A DNA stretch of 62,864 nt from NCBI GenBank assembly GCA_002245135.1, contig NGBS01001169.1:124001-186864 (forward strand). The letters are read 5' to 3'. The DNA is from Proteromonas lacertae (Eukaryota). Below, piece after piece: positions 26,020-41,558 of the stretch. Positions within the stretch are counted from its first letter, which is position 1, and every line of letters begins with the position of its first letter. The position numbers and the translations under genes are program-made. Under the pieces are notes generated by a model. The model was given only the letters and a program-made list of their open reading frames with translations, was not told where the DNA came from and searched no databases.

Positions 26020-27237
26020 TCATTCAAAAGATCTACCAAAATAATCATCATTATTCTCATCATCATTAATATCATCCAACACACTACTAATATCTTCTTG
26101 AAGTATATTACTATCAATCTTATTACCAGTTGAATTATTATTATTATTATTATTACTGTTTTGAGATTTTAATGAATGTACAGGTGAAACTAACTCATCA
26201 TTTTGGAATAGAGTAACTGATGGTAATGGTAATGGTGGTGGAGGTTGTTGTTGTGTTGGTATAGGTGAATTAATATCAGAAAAATCATCAGAATTAGAGG
26301 ATGAATCTTTCAACTTTATTACTGGAGTTTCTTCAATATCTTCTACACTTAATGTTTCTTCTTTTGGTACTTTATTATTATTTGATATTGGAGTTATTAC
26401 TGTTGGTGATGCTGGTGGTGGTGATTTTCTATTTTCAGATTGTCTTGGTGTTACAGTAACTGGTGTAATTGATGTTTTTAATGGAATAGAACGAGTTGAA
26501 CTTGGTGTTGGAGGTGGAGATCTGTGGTGATATTGTTTATTATTATTATTATTATTTGTCATTGTTGTTGTTGTTGTTGTTGTTGGTTCTTTCTCTGGTT
26601 CTAATGATACAACTTTTGGTTGAGTTAATGATAGTCTATGTCTAGTTGTGTTTATATTATTATTATTGATTGTGGGTGTAAGTATTCTTTGGTAATTACT
26701 TGTATAATTATATCCTTGCGATAAGGTTGATTTTAGACTTGATAATATCATATCTTCCATTTTACTTGTTCTATTTTGATAGATTGATAATGATTTGGTT
26801 ATACATATGGTTTTTATTGTCTTCTAATGTGGCTTTCAATATTCCTTTATATTTCTTTCTTAGTCTTGCGTGTTTGATAACTTCAATTTCTAGTTTAGCA
26901 TTCTCTTCTTTATAATTTTCAATCTCTTTGTGTAACTGTTGTATTTTTTCTGATATAAGTAATTCATCATAATCAGTATGTTTCTTCATATTTGTTACTC
27001 TCCATTCAGAGTCAATAAATCTTACATTGTAATCTGTTTTTACTGAATTAGATGGAGTTTGCCATAAATGAAGATTTAGTTCAACTGGAAGTAACAATGA
27101 TTTTTGAGTTTTTAAATAATCTTTCCTAAAAAATTACATATTAAATGACTGTATTAAGTAGAATAATAGTATAGAAATATGGTATTTCAAGTATATAAGA
27201 TAGAATTTTGTAATATTATATATAAATACGGATCCAT
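26020..27237 (-). CDS. Hypothetical protein, coiled-coil plus S/T/P/N low-complexity tail
   Basis: ORFs 26771-27097 and 26020-26760 join through an intron. Probable micro first exon ATG GAT CC at 27237. Confidence 0.55.
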
Positions 27238-27270
27238 TCGTGAGAAAATAACAAAACAAATTTGAAATTA

Positions 27271-27279
27271 TTCAAACAG
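27271..27279 (-). promoter_or_regulatory. Candidate promoter motif CTGTTTGAA
   Basis: Lies 34-42 nt upstream of the probable ATG at 27237. Confidence 0.3.
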
Positions 27280-27341
27280 TAATCAAACTAACACAAAGTA
27301 AAAAAAAACAAAATCAATCATTTACCTAACTAATTAGTTAC

Positions 27342-29044
27342 TTATAGGTATGTTTTCAAAAATGGATACATCATTGAAGTTACAAAGGGTGGATATTTCT
27401 TCACAGATGGTGGATTTCTGATAGGATCATTAAAATCTTCATATTTCACATCCTTACACTATTTAAAATATAATAAATAACAATCAAAAAATACATCTCT
27501 TTTAATATTCATCAATTCATCATAAAACTGTTTCTGAATATCAGTATCTTCAGTAAATATATACAACTCTGTTTCAGTATCTCTCTCATACGATCTTCTA
27601 CCATAATTTGTACTTCCTAGTCCTATAATTGATGGATATTTCTCATTCTCTTTAGTTGACCATAATGCTTTAACATGATAAGTCCATTCTTTACGAATAT
27701 ATTCAGTCAATACTCTGTTAGTGTTTGAAAACAAGTCTAATTGTTTAAATAGTTTCTTTTCATTCTATTTATTTTATATATTATATATATTATACAATAG
27801 AATATAATCTGGGAATCATAGCAACAAAGCTTTTATCAGGATAAAAATCATTTGTCTAAATCAAATATAATAATAATATTATATATATATATATATATAC
27901 ATATGGTGTTGCAGTTTGCAATTCAATATTGCCTTTATATTCACTCAATATCTTTAATATATCTTTAGAATAATTCAAATAAGCTGTAGCAAGTGTTGTA
28001 TTATATTTATTATCACTTAATGTTCTTAGTAAATTACTAAATACAATATCTCCCATATTTAATCCAATTGGTGAATATTGAACTGATGGAACAATATATG
28101 TCTTACAATTATCATTATTTAATTGATTATTAGGTTGAAATAATAATGAAGATATATCATTTAAGCATTGTAATTGTTGATCTGGTGAAACTATAAATGA
28201 AGAAAGATTAAAATAAGAAAAATACAAACAAATTCATTAATAGATCCTGAATATGTAACAATAGTAGAATAATTACACATTATTTTAACCAATCTATATA
28301 ATAAATAAATAAATAATATACTCGTAATAAAACTGAGTTAATTGATCATCATGAAACAATACATATCTATCCTGTCTATTAATGAAATAATCATGAGTAA
28401 GATTAGCACCACTGATTATTACATTATCATCCCAACCATATACTTTCATATGATGAACTCCTACTGTCTCCATTACTCTGGTTGGTACTTTCTCAAAGGG
28501 AACATCATGTAGATGAGGTGTACCGTGTAAATAGAGTTTAATATTCTGAGGATATTCTTGAAGTAGTGATTGAACCATACTTACAGAGGTTGTTCTGGTT
28601 GGATAACCTCTTAATCCACGATATTTGTCGAAGAGTATTATTACTTCGATGTTTGGATTCTTTTTTATACTGTCTTTCACTGTTTCTACAAGTTGTTTTT
28701 CTAAATCACTTATTCCACAATACAAGCAACTTAAGAAAATCCTTGCTTTTGCTTGTTCTATTCCTTTCTGCAAAATAATAATCATTATTGATATACTATA
28801 AGCGCTTTAAAAAACTCTGAAGGAGTATTCATCACTTCAACATTTTTAACATCATTTATGGGGAAACATTTGAAATTTGAATTGATAAAAGGAGTTACAG
28901 CAAGTCTGGGTGTCTCAACACTCCAATTCTTCAATTCACTCTTCAACTTTTTAGCTAAAGAAAAATAGATTGGACTTTTATACTCTTCATTATCTGAAGT
29001 GGTTTAGAATAACCAAATATCTCTCTTTTAAGAAGATGAAACAT
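27342..29044 (-). CDS. PGS1: Phosphatidylglycerophosphate synthase (PLD-family PGS1)
   Basis: HHMKVYGWDDNVIISGANLTHDYFINRQDRY and WTYHVKALW..GSTNYGRRSYERDTE; RIFLSCLY. Confidence 0.88.
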
Positions 29045-29395
29045 ATTTCAAAATTTATAGTCGTTTTATTGTATTATATTGAATTTTTAAATTTAAGATG
29101 TATGAATAATTTAGGTATAAAATGAATGGAATATCAATAATTATGGTTAAACATTCTCTTTTATCGATTAAAATAAAACATAAACAAAATCTAAACTATT
29201 TGTAGTTAAATTATTCAAACGTTTTGTTGTACCTATTAATTTTGAAAGCTTGTGTAACTTTCATTCAAATATTCACTTTAAATACAATGTTGAAACACAA
29301 ACTGTCAATTTCAAAAAATTTTAAAAATGGGGCTTTCAAAAAAACAGCCAAAACTCAAATTTTTAGCTGTTAGCATTTCTTAAGGTTTTTCTCTA

Positions 29396-30143
29396 ATGGA
29401 GAGCATAAAATGTGTCACAATAGGGTATGATATTTTTTATTATGGATTTCTAATTCATTATATAGAGATGGTGCAGTAGGTAAGACATGTATGTTGATTT
29501 CGTATTGCTTAAATAAATTTCCAGAAGAATATATACCTACAGGTATTAGATTTAATTCTATGTTGTTTAGTTTTCGATAATTACCAAGCTAATATCTATG
29601 TTGACGAAAAGCCAGTAAATCTTGGTTTGTGGGATACTGCTGGTATATTTCATATTGTTTATGGTTATTAAATAGGTCAGGAAGATTATGATCGTCTAAG
29701 ACCTCTTAGTTATCCAGGTACTGACATGTTTATTCTTTGCTTTGACCTTATAAAGTATAGATGTTATAATTATATTTTCTAGTCCTACATCACTCGAAAA
29801 CATAGAAGAAAAGTGGTATAAAGAGATTAATGAATATTGGAATGATCCAAAACATAATAATGATACAAAGAAACCAGTTCCATTCATATTGGTCGGTACA
29901 AAGCTTGATATGCGAAATGATCCCAACGTTGTAAAGAAGAAGGAAAGTGAAGGAGTTAAAGTTGTGACACGTGAGAAAGGTCAAGCTATGGCAGATAAAT
30001 TACATGCTCGTAAGTATGTAGAATGTTCTGCCAGAACTCAAGAAGGATTGAAAGAAGTGTTTGACTCAGCCATTAGATGTGCGATGCAAATAAAACAAGA
30101 CAAGAAGAACGATTCAGGAGGTGGGTGTTGTGTAATTGTATAG
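29396..30143 (+). CDS. RAC: Rho-family Rac-like GTPase, paralog 1
   Basis: Spliced [55 protein letters not shown]-terminal CCVIV. Introns 29425-29465, 29543-29570, 29643-29675, 29755-29782. Confidence 0.93.
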
Positions 30144-30276
30144 ACGGAATAAAAACTATCTTAATGCTATTATTCATTTAATGACTTTTGTTTTTTAGAA
30201 ATCTAAAATTTTAGGAAAAAGCTTGGCTTGGTAGTTTTTGAAGTGATTTTTTTAATCTTCTAAGATCTACTGTACG

Positions 30277-31041
30277 ATGGAGAACGTCAAATGTGTAGCA
30301 GTTGGGTATTAATATTTACATTAATTATTATGCTTTAGAGATGGTGCAGTTGGTAAGACTTGTTTGTTGATTACATACTGCAAAAAGGTCTTTCCTGTTG
30401 ATTATATTCCCACAGGTATAAAAATTATTTTCATATGTTAGTATTTGATAACTATCAAACCAATATTGATATAAATGGCAAAACTGTTAATCTTGGCTTA
30501 TGGGATACAGCTGGTATTTCTTAAACACTATTTTCTCAATAGGACAGGAAGATTATGATAGATTAAGACATTTAAGTTATCCCAATACAGATATTTTCTT
30601 TTTCTGCTTTGATCTGACAAAGTATAAATTGTTCTGTTATTTATATCTAATAGTGCTGTATCATTAGCGAACATTGAATTAAAATGGTATTCAGAAGTAA
30701 ATAAATTTTGGCAAAAGAGTCATGAAAAGGACAAGACTCCTTTAAACTTTATATTAGTAGGTACAAAATTGGATGCTCGTAATGATGCTGCTTATGTTGC
30801 AAAATTAAGTTCAGAAGGCAAAGAAATTGTCACTACAGAAAAAGTATGTTATTCTGATTGTTATTTTTATATTTAGGGTCAAGAAATGGCTGATAAATTA
30901 CACGCTAAAGCTTATGTTGAATGCAGTGCTAAAGAAGGAACAAATTTGAATGGAATTTTTACTTCAGCTTGTGAATATGTGCTTAATGCTCGTGCAGACA
31001 AAAAGAAAGCACAAAAGAAGAAGGGCTGTACTTTATTATAA
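30277..31041 (+). CDS. RAC: Rho-family Rac-like GTPase, paralog 2 (missed by the ORF track)
   Basis: [63 protein letters not shown]. Five short introns. Confidence 0.92.
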
Positions 31042-31153
31042 GGTAAAATCATATGTTTTTATTATATATCTATTATTTTTTTAAATTCACTTCAAAAAAA
31101 ACATAAAAATACAATATATATTAATAATACAAGTTAAGAACGATTATAATGAT

Positions 31154-34100
31154 TTATTTTGGTGTCCAAACTATAATATTACCTTCTTTATCAACTGAGA
31201 GAAGATTCTTAATTTGTCTCTCTTGAGGCCATATTCTCAATACAGTAATAGGTGATTGGAATTGAGTTTTATTATCATTATCAGTAACAGATAATTCTGA
31301 ATAAACCATTAAAGATCTTTGTAATGGAATAAATTCTTTTTTAACTTCTTCTTCTCCTTCTTTCTTTTTCTATATCTTCAGGTTGTGTAGTTAACGGTTC
31401 TGACGTATTAATTGTATTTGTATGTGCTGGTGAAGATGATGAAGAAAGTGGTAGTGGTGGTGGAGGAGGTAATTCACCTTTTGAAAATGTTCTAACTCTA
31501 AATGATTTAAAAGCACTTTTAAATGAATTAAACAACTGTGTTGGTTGAACAGCAGAAACTAGTGAATTTGTCTTTCTTTCAACTTTCTTATAGATTATAA
31601 TCTCTGTAGATTTATGAGGATCATTGATTGGTGGACTTTCGACATTCGGTCTTTGCATACTCCATAATCGAATAGTACCATCATAGTGACCAGTTATACA
31701 TACAATACCATCATAATATTCTACACAAGGTAATGCCATAAATGAAGTACAAGGAGATAAGGATGATATATTAATAGAAGATAAACACACACCATTAATA
31801 TTATACATCCTTAAACAGTTATCACTGATTGTATATAAATCACCTGTTATGTTGTTAATATCAACATAATTCACTGGTTTTGAATGACCATATAATGAAC
31901 GAATGAATTGTAATTCATATAAACACCAAACTATCGCTGTTCCATCATTACTTCCACTTAATATTATACCATAATTTAAAGATATTGCTATTGACAATAT
32001 TGAACTATGATGACCTGATAAAGTAGCTAATACTTTCAATTCTCTTTTCTTTGATGTTACATAGGGAGTTGATACTATTAAAACACCATCTTCACTACCA
32101 GTTACAATGTATTTACCATCTTTGGATATACACACTTTGGTGATAGGACTTGTATGAAATCCAGCATATAATGCTATTAGTTTACCTGGAGAACGATTGG
32201 AATTTTTAGTTGTATATTCTCTAATAGAACCATCTATAAAACCATATATGAATATTCTATTGAATTTTGGAGGTATATAACACATATCATAACCTGTAGT
32301 ATTTACTAATGGTGATAAATTACTATCTATACATGCCAAATCACTTATATTACCTTCAATTTTCGCTTTCTTATGAACTTCCAAGTCAATATTCTTGAAT
32401 AAACCATGGATTTCAATCTCAAATGGAACTCTAATAATATTTGGATTATTATTGGCTGATTTTATTACTAAGATTGATTTCTTTACATGAGGTGTTGCAA
32501 ATAATTGAGATGGAGTTTGACCGAATTCTCTAATTTGTGATAATAATGATGTTTTCAATACTTCATCTGTAATTTCTTCTATGTTAATTGCACCTTCATA
32601 AGTGTAAGGATGAAATACATTTTGTGATAATACAGCTTGTTCACCTCTCTGTTTAAATCCAAATATTAAGTCAATCCATTCATGCAGATGCAATGATACA
32701 TATTCACACTCTAATGCTTGACGATGTATTCTAATAAATTCATATGGATCATTGTGACACCAAGGTGGTAATATAACATTATCAATATTCAAACCTTCTT
32801 GAGTATGACCAAATTTGAAATGATTTGAATTGATTAAGAATTCAGGTAAATAAAAGAACTCAGGTATTAATTCTCTTACATCTTGTGGATTAATATGAGC
32901 TGCACTATTCCATGATTCTTCAATACTAAAGAATAATCTATCAGGCATATCGAAATGACCTCCTTGTAAATCAACATGAACATGTGAAAATGGTTGTAAT
33001 CTTACTAAATAATACAATACATAACCAGAACAGGAATAATGAAAACCATAATGATAAGGAGGACCTAATTCTCTACTTTCCATCAAACCTTGGAACTTGA
33101 GTAAGAAATGTTCTGCTCTATCTTCATCTTGAGCTCCCATTGGTTTAGATAAATCTCTGAATGTTTCTGGATTCTTTAAATCCAATTCTTCACTTGTATA
33201 ATCAGCTATAATCCATGGAAATACTGGATATTGTGTATAATCATTATATGTTCTACCAGCTAAAGTGTTCAATTTCATCAAATAATCGAAATTGGATAGT
33301 TTATTATCTTTCCATAGTTGTGTATATTGTTTTAATAATTCTGGTTTTGGATTCTTTGGATTTCTCAAGTGTCTTAATATACAATTCTTTAGTTTATGTG
33401 TAGTTGATAAAAACTCATTCAATGCTTCAGATGCTATCTTTTCATACACTAAAAATATTGTTGTTCCATCTAATTTGAAGAATTCAATAGCTGTTGGTTT
33501 TAATAAATAATTTCTTTTATAATAAATCTCGATTTCATCATACTCAATTCGTGTAATTTTAATTGAACTTGTAGTATCAGCACTAATTGTTGTATTTGAT
33601 TGAGTGTGATATAAATCATCTTCAAATTCTCTTTCTTTTATTTCACCATCTTCATTCACTATAAAACCAGGTATAAAATACAGCGATGTATCACATCTTA
33701 AACAAATACCATCAAACTTATCCATTCCTCTTACTCTTGAACAATTGTATATCTTTTTAAATGGTTTATCTTGTGGTTGTAATAAAGAATTGATCAAATC
33801 AGAGATTTGAGATGAACCACCACTATCTTTGCTATTGTTATTTGTACTTGTATTTGCATTACCTAATAATGATTCAGCAGATCCTTGTCTTTTTACTTCA
33901 GAATCAGGATCAGCACCAGCTAATGGAGTTAATACTTCAGAAGCCATTGTAAGATCTTCATTGGCATCATCTATATTCAAATCTCCATCATTGAATGAGA
34001 ATGTTTGTGATAAATTGATTGTTCCATTTAGATTAGTTATTGAACTGGGAGTTTGTATTGATTTGGATGATTCTGATTCTATTTCACTTATATCAATTGC

Positions 34101-37100
34101 ATCTTCTTCAGCATGATTCAAGGCTTGAGCATTTAGCAAAGCTAATCTAGCATCAAACAAGCTTGGCTCGGATGGTCTTTTTACTTCTAAATTCTGATTG
34201 TTATTATCTAATTCAGCTAAAATACTATTACCTTTGAAATTTCTAGTTAATCTTTTTCTCATCCTTAGTTTAGTTTCTCTTGTACATAATTTCCATACGA
34301 TTTTATCTTTATTCTCTTCTTCATCTATATCATTTCCTAATTGATCATATCCCCATATACATTTACTATTTGAAATGGATTTTAATAATTCATAGAAATA
34401 TTTTTTACCTATTCTTATTTCACTATTATATTTCCATTCTCTATCTTTATATAAAGATGATACTAGTGTATGACAATCCATTAATATGATATTGCACTCT
34501 TCAACATGTAAAACAGTATCATTATCATTATCTAATAGTAATTGAGTAGAACTTAAATGCTTCATTCTTGATAACATAATTGGACTGGATGAACATTCTG
34601 AATCAATACTTATATTATTATAATCACTTGATATATCATTATTATTATTATTATTATTATTGGAGAATGTTGATGAAATATAATAAGAATCATTTATATC
34701 ATAGAGTAGATTAGGAGATGAATATTTCTGGTTAATTACTGATATTAAATGAACATTTATCTTATTATACCATTCTAAAAACTCATTACTTGAAGATAAT
34801 GTGAATTTACTGAGTTTATCGATATAATCAGTTTGATCAACTTCTTCCAAATCTAAACTAATAATAAATTCACTTATCAGTTTAGGATTCTGATTATTAA
34901 TAGCTAAGAACAGTGATAAAACAGCTTTTCTTATATCTTCACTTGAACTATTCATTAAACTGAATATAGATGAATATAATGGACCAGCAAATTGGTATAA
35001 TAGTTTCTTATAAATGTTATCTTCTACTTCAGATGGTGTAGGTATTAATATATTAATATGACCTGATCCAGTTTGAATAGTTGATAATAAGTCCTTTTCT
35101 TCAGTAAAATTAGTAATAAAATAATAAAATAACAATTGTAAACACTGATTTAATATATCAAATTGATCTTTTATTCTATATTCTTCTTCTTCTACAACTA
35201 CTCCATCTCCATTATCATTCTTAGTTTGTTGATGTTCGAATATGATTTGTAATATGTAACTATACACTTCAAATGGAATAGTAAAATAATTAGATATTCC
35301 TCTACTTATATATTCATACATAATATCACACCAAGTTGAGAAATCTGAAGTATTGAATAAATTATTCTTTACTTTCATTAAACAACTTAATAATTCTTTT
35401 GATACTAGATTATACCAGTTGTTAATAATCTTTGGGTATGACCAAATTGGACAATAATCAAATAAGCCATTGATTAGATCTTTAGAGGAAAATGAAGAGG
35501 TAATAGACTTTTCAATGACAGTTGCTATTAAATGAATCATTTTTTCACATTTTGAATTATCTAATTCTTTATTATTATCTCCTTCTCCTCCTTCTGTATT
35601 ATTATTATTATTATTACTCATATAATCATTAAATGAAGCCAATCTCTTCATTACAGGAATATCTTCTTCATCAAAATAATTCTCATTTATATTCAAATTA
35701 GAACTATCAGCTTCAATCATAAAGTTATTCTTTAAATCATCAATCTTTGAAGGATCAATATTACTACAGTTCAATATACAAAAGTACAATGATATTATTG
35801 AATGTAAATAGGGTTTAGTATAAAAAACACTTTGAAATGTTCGATTATAACACCAAAATTCTTCAATATAAACAATTATTCTATCTACAAACTTAAAACA
35901 TTCATCCTTTTTTTCTACAAAATTTTCTTTAATATATTCTCTTAATAGGATGATAATACTGGAGAATATGTTTAGAATATTATCATTTGTATTGATAATA
36001 ACAGTATCTGTAATAGGTAATTCAATATATTCAAAGTTATTATCCAATATTTCTTTATAAATATTTGTTTTTTCTAATGGAACATTAAAGAATAATGCTA
36101 ATAGGATTGAGAATATGATTGGAATATTTATAAATGATTTAATAAATGGTAATATCTTTGCCATTACATTATTATCAATAAATGTTAACAAACACTCATT
36201 ACTATTCTGTAAATACTCAACTAAGAGATAGATACCAAGAACAAATGTTAATGGTATTGTACAATTTGAGAATAAAGTACCAAACCATTCTAATGATAAT
36301 GTTGAAGTGGAGAGATTGTATAACTCTAATGATGTATAATTCTTAATAATCCTTATTAATAAAGTTAAAAAATATTGAGCCGTTTTCTCATTGGCTTGAT
36401 AAAGCTTGGGTAAATAAACCAAACCAGATGTTAGATTATTCATTGTTAACTGTTTATATTTATCAGGTGATAATAAGGATGCAATAATAATGGATGGAAT
36501 TTGGAATAATACTTTATTAGAGTGAAGGTAATCAACATTGTTTTTATTGCTGATTATCAGATTATACAATATATCTGACAATTGTTCTAATATATCATTT
36601 TGAATATTAGTTAATGATAAGATAATATGAATCACAGCTTCAATACAATCTGTTTTAACAAATAAACTGATGTTTTCTTCACAATAACTGTTGTTGTTTG
36701 ATACAGCATCGATTAATATCTTTATACACTTAGATATATAATTATTAGGAGTGTTTTGAAGTAAAGCTGTATTATAAAAGAATAATTTTAAAGATTCTTC
36801 ACTTTTAAATGTAAAATTCTCACCTTTTGTCAGTATAAACAAAGAGAATGTATCATGAAAAGCTTGATCATCAAACCATTGTTCTTTCACTACTTTTAAC
36901 AATAAAAATGATAATAACAAATTACCATCTTTAAATGAATCATAATTTCCATAATATTCATTTTTCTTTATTATTTCTTTAATTGATTTAATTAATACAC
37001 AATAATCAGATGATTTATAGATTTGTAGCATGAATGGTAATAACAAATTCAATCCACCAATAGATTGCAAGGGTATACATATATCCGTTGAAGAAATACA

Positions 37101-40100
37101 AATTGCACTATCTTGAAGTGTAATATTACAATTATTACCACTAATATCCACTAATTGATTAATACAGTTCTGTATTGGCAAAATACCAAATACATATGGT
37201 GTATTGAGTGTATTATCTATTCTATTTCTTACACTATCATCAACATAATTATCTCTAATTACACCTTTACTGGATAACAGAGTAGCTGGACCTGCATTAT
37301 ATACTTGATTAATCTCAAATTCATTTAATTTCGTGTTATATAAATAACAAGGTCCAATTCTAACATTAAAATGATTAATAGGTTTCTGTAATTCACTATC
37401 AATATAAGAATCATTTCCTATATAAATCAAACAATTACTAGCTTGAACTGGAGATATAGGAGGTGTTTGAAATGTGACAATTAGACTGGCATTTATATAT
37501 AATGAAAAATCATAAACATTAGGTATATGTGTTAATGATAAAATAATAACATAATGAGTCCAAGAATCAAATATTATTTCAGTTTTGATTGGTGTAGATT
37601 GCATTCCTACAGTAAATGTTATTCTTTCTTCAGAGAAGGTTAATCTCATTATATCTTCACATTTAGTAGATCTGAATGAAACAAGGCACAAGTTATATTC
37701 ATTCTCTTTACTACTTTCTTTATTAGATTCTATTTTATACCAACCACTAAACGTCAAACCAGTTTGATAAGGTAATACAGCTTTGGGTAGTTTTGATATA
37801 ACAATATTAGATCGATTATTGACTTTATGATTTAAATAGAAATGTGGAAATTGATTTGGAGATTGACACAATTCATAAAACAATTGAGAAATTGGAACAT
37901 CATTTGTTTTAATCATAAATCTCAACATACTGAACAAATCTGATGGTGATATATGATAATGTGATAGTATAACAATAATATCATATAATATTGGATATAA
38001 TATATCACTATGATTAGTTAAAACATTGGAGAAATGATTAAATATAAATGAAATAATATTCCACTTAGAAAATGCTTCTATATTGTGATAATTGTTATTA
38101 TGTAATGTATTTTTGATTAATTCTTTTAAACATTCAATTAAATCCTTGTAATTATCTTTATCATTTTCATTAAACATTATTCTGATTGTTATATTGAACA
38201 ATAACTCTATTCCCATAGCATTTTCTACTTGTAAATCAGTAAATTCAACATTAGGTAATTTACAACTAATACCAAATATATGACACTGTATAATATGTAA
38301 TAAATATCTAAAATAGGAGGATGTATATATTCCTAATTCTTCAAACCTGTTTGTTAATTCTTTATAATACTGTGTAGTTATAATATGCCTTTTATTCGAT
38401 ATATTGGATGAGATAGCTGATGTTAATACATCGATTACTGTTTGAATCAAATTAAATGACATTGTTAAATCTTTACTATCAGTTATACCTTTATTATTCA
38501 TCAATTCTGATGTTGATAATGATAGTGATGGTGTTTGAAATAGTTGAGATTCTTCTACATTCTCTTTATATTCATAATAAGCAATAGATTTATTTTTCAT
38601 TTTATCTATTAAAGATAATAGGAATGAAAAACCATTTAAGTTTCTAAATACATCACAGGTATGAATATTATGACTTAATATTGATGATATTATGTTTAGT
38701 ACAATACACTGTATTTGTATTGAATCTGAATTATTAGCATAATCAAATATAGCCAATATATCACTTTCTATTGACTCAGTAATAACAGAACAATAAGCAA
38801 TATATATCTTATTAATAATCTGAAATAATTCACGATTTGGTAACTTTGGATTAACCATTGAAAACAAAAATGATTCATAATTATTTCTATGGAAGAATCG
38901 AATAGAATCTTCACACTTATATAAACTAGATTCTAATATCTTACTACAACTATATATTATCCTTTTATCATCTTCATTAACAGGTGTTATACTTTGAAAT
39001 GATTTATTCAATACATTCAATAATAAAGGAACCATTTCACTTTCTATTAATAATTTCTTTATTCTGTCATCTTGTTCACATAAACTGGTTAATGATTGAC
39101 ATATTAATTGAATAAGCGAAACCATTGAGGTTTCTTTATCTGGTTGAGCTAATAGAGATGATAACACATTGTAGATGTATAATAATGTATTTTGACTGTT
39201 AGTATAATTGGCTTGAGATAAGACTGTCTCAAATACTTTCAATATTAATGTTCTTTTCTGCTCTGATTGTATATTGACCATTTTATTCAATAATATTTGT
39301 ATTATAGAAAATGATTTTTCTATTATATCATAGTTATTGTTATCTTTTTCATATAATGTCAATATACAGGTTAGTATATTAGTTACATATTGTATATCAT
39401 TATTCAATCCATTATCATCATCTAATATAATTACTATTGTATCTCTTATCACTTGAAATGGTAATAAATTTCTTACATTCTTCTTCATTAGCAATATATA
39501 ACTTTCTATTAAGTGTAATATTCTATCGAATATAATAATTGAATCTTTTTCACCTTCTCTCATTGATTTGTGCAGTAGTTGTTGTAATACTTCATTGAAT
39601 GAAGTTGTCTTCAAGAATTTTAAAGCTAAATCATTTCTATGTGAAAATAAGACTGAATAGAGTGGAATTAATAACTCTAAAATCTCAATGTAATTGAGAT
39701 ATGGATAGTTCTCTTGCAATAGTACCAACTGTTCAGTTATGCAATCATCTAACATCTATATATATATATATATAATAAACAATAATAATAATAATAATAA
39801 TATTTAATTAATTATATACATGTGAGTTTTCTATAATAAGTAGTAACTGTTGTGTACATCTTTTATTGATTATATATTCTATTATTTTCATAATATCCTT
39901 ACGGATTGGTTCAAAATCTTCTATATATTTACTAAATAATAAATGATATAACGTGGGGAAGTTTTTACGACTTAATGTGCTAATTGTTTCTATTTTGTTA
40001 GGTAAAATATGATTTATTGCTTCTGAGGTGAATTTTTCTAAGACATAGAAGTTCTTATTATCACCAACCTTGATACGACCTATTTTATTAGTATATAAAA

Positions 40101-40579
40101 ATGAGATTAAATACTTTTGCTTAATTTGTTCATTATTATATAGTATTCACTGAATACTTGAAATAGATTCTGATATAATCCTGTATCTGCTATTTCCATA
40201 AAGGATTGGTCAGTAGTAGCTTGCTTTAAAAATGTTTCTAAATCTAAATCTCTTGCTGCATTACATATGGTTTGAATTAGTATGGAGTTATCCATAGTTT
40301 CATTGTTGTGGAGTTTTAAAAATCTATTTGAAATATAATGCTTTATCATAATACAAAGAATCCAGTAAATCTTTAGTTTTAACGAAAATCTGCAATATAA
40401 AAATAAAATGTTCATACTGATGATTGTTGTGAAGGTGCTTCTTGTGATGGTTGTCTTACCTACAATAAATAAACTAAGAATCTTACTATTGGTGGTGGTG
40501 GGAATAATAAATCCTCATCCATCGATTTCATTATATCTCTATCAGATATTGTTACATCCGTAGATTTCCTTTGGGCCAT
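31154..40579 (-). CDS. BEACH-domain protein (ARM / ConA-like / PH / BEACH / WD40; WDFY3/LvsA-like) with an apparent 1-nt frameshift near 31360
   Basis: SNFDYLMKLNTLAGRTYNDYTQYPVFPW, HYGFHYS, ELIPEFFYLPEF, WIDLIFGFKQRG, FGQTPSQLF, WD40 repeats. The last WD blade (..LLSVDKEGNIIVWTPK*) is in another frame. Short 5' exons run to ATG 40579. Confidence 0.9.
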
Positions 40580-41558
40580 ATATCAATAGAACAGAAAGAA
40601 TTCAGATTAAGTTTGGGTTCGAGTTTTGGCTTGATCTATTTGTTGATATAAAATAATAATTCAGCAGGATTTGAACAAAAATGAGTGTTGGAATATTTCA
40701 ATATAGATTCGTATGATGCATTCTATTTTATATTATATTATTCAACAAAAGATGATAATGGACTTAATACATGTTTTTAAGTAGTATTCATTGTATTACA
40801 AGACAATATAAATCAAATCCATGTATATACGCTATTAAAATACTGATTATATATACATTCAGTTTTAGTTTGTTTTCAGAGTGAATAAATTAACCATTTT
40901 ACACTACTAAATATACATTAAATGAATATATTATTTTCAGGCAATTATGGGAATAATATGTCTCATGTTAATCCTTCAAAAAATATTTTACATTGTAAAG
41001 AGTTTTACAAAAATGTATAGTATTGAAATGATGATAAGTACAAGGTGTAGGTTATTATTAGGCAAATATTGCCAAACTATCAGATATGGCCAAAGATCTA
41101 TTTTTGACTATTTAATAGAGATAATAACTTGAATTATCCATTCTATATGTTGTAATTATCATATAGATATAGTAAATGCGATTGTAACCTACTAAAACAG
41201 TCAGTGATTGTAGAATTATATAAATTGGAAATTTTTTTATGATCATTTGATTGATTTTTGAAATAGCTACTATCCTGATTAATTGTAAAAATAGACTATC
41301 ATTTGGCTGTCATTATTTCGCTATATATGTTTTGTATAAGTGGAAAATCACCAAAAAAATATATAGACTCTCTATGAGTATTTCATATGGTGTATTATAC
41401 AGTAATAAATTGATTGATAAAAAAGAGCTTATTCATAGATAAGTATATCATGATTTATAGCAAATTTAAGTTCTCATTAAAACGGACATATTTTTTAATT
41501 TCTATTTTAAAAAATTTGATCGTTAAGAAAATCGTTTCTTTCTTATTTGTTTGATTTA

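Noticed and set aside
40580..41558. Unusually long ~1-kb spacer with short ORFs 40947-41132 and 41251-41442
   Set aside because: No recognisable protein motif, RNA structure or terminal repeats. It may be a decayed gene, but I cannot support a call.
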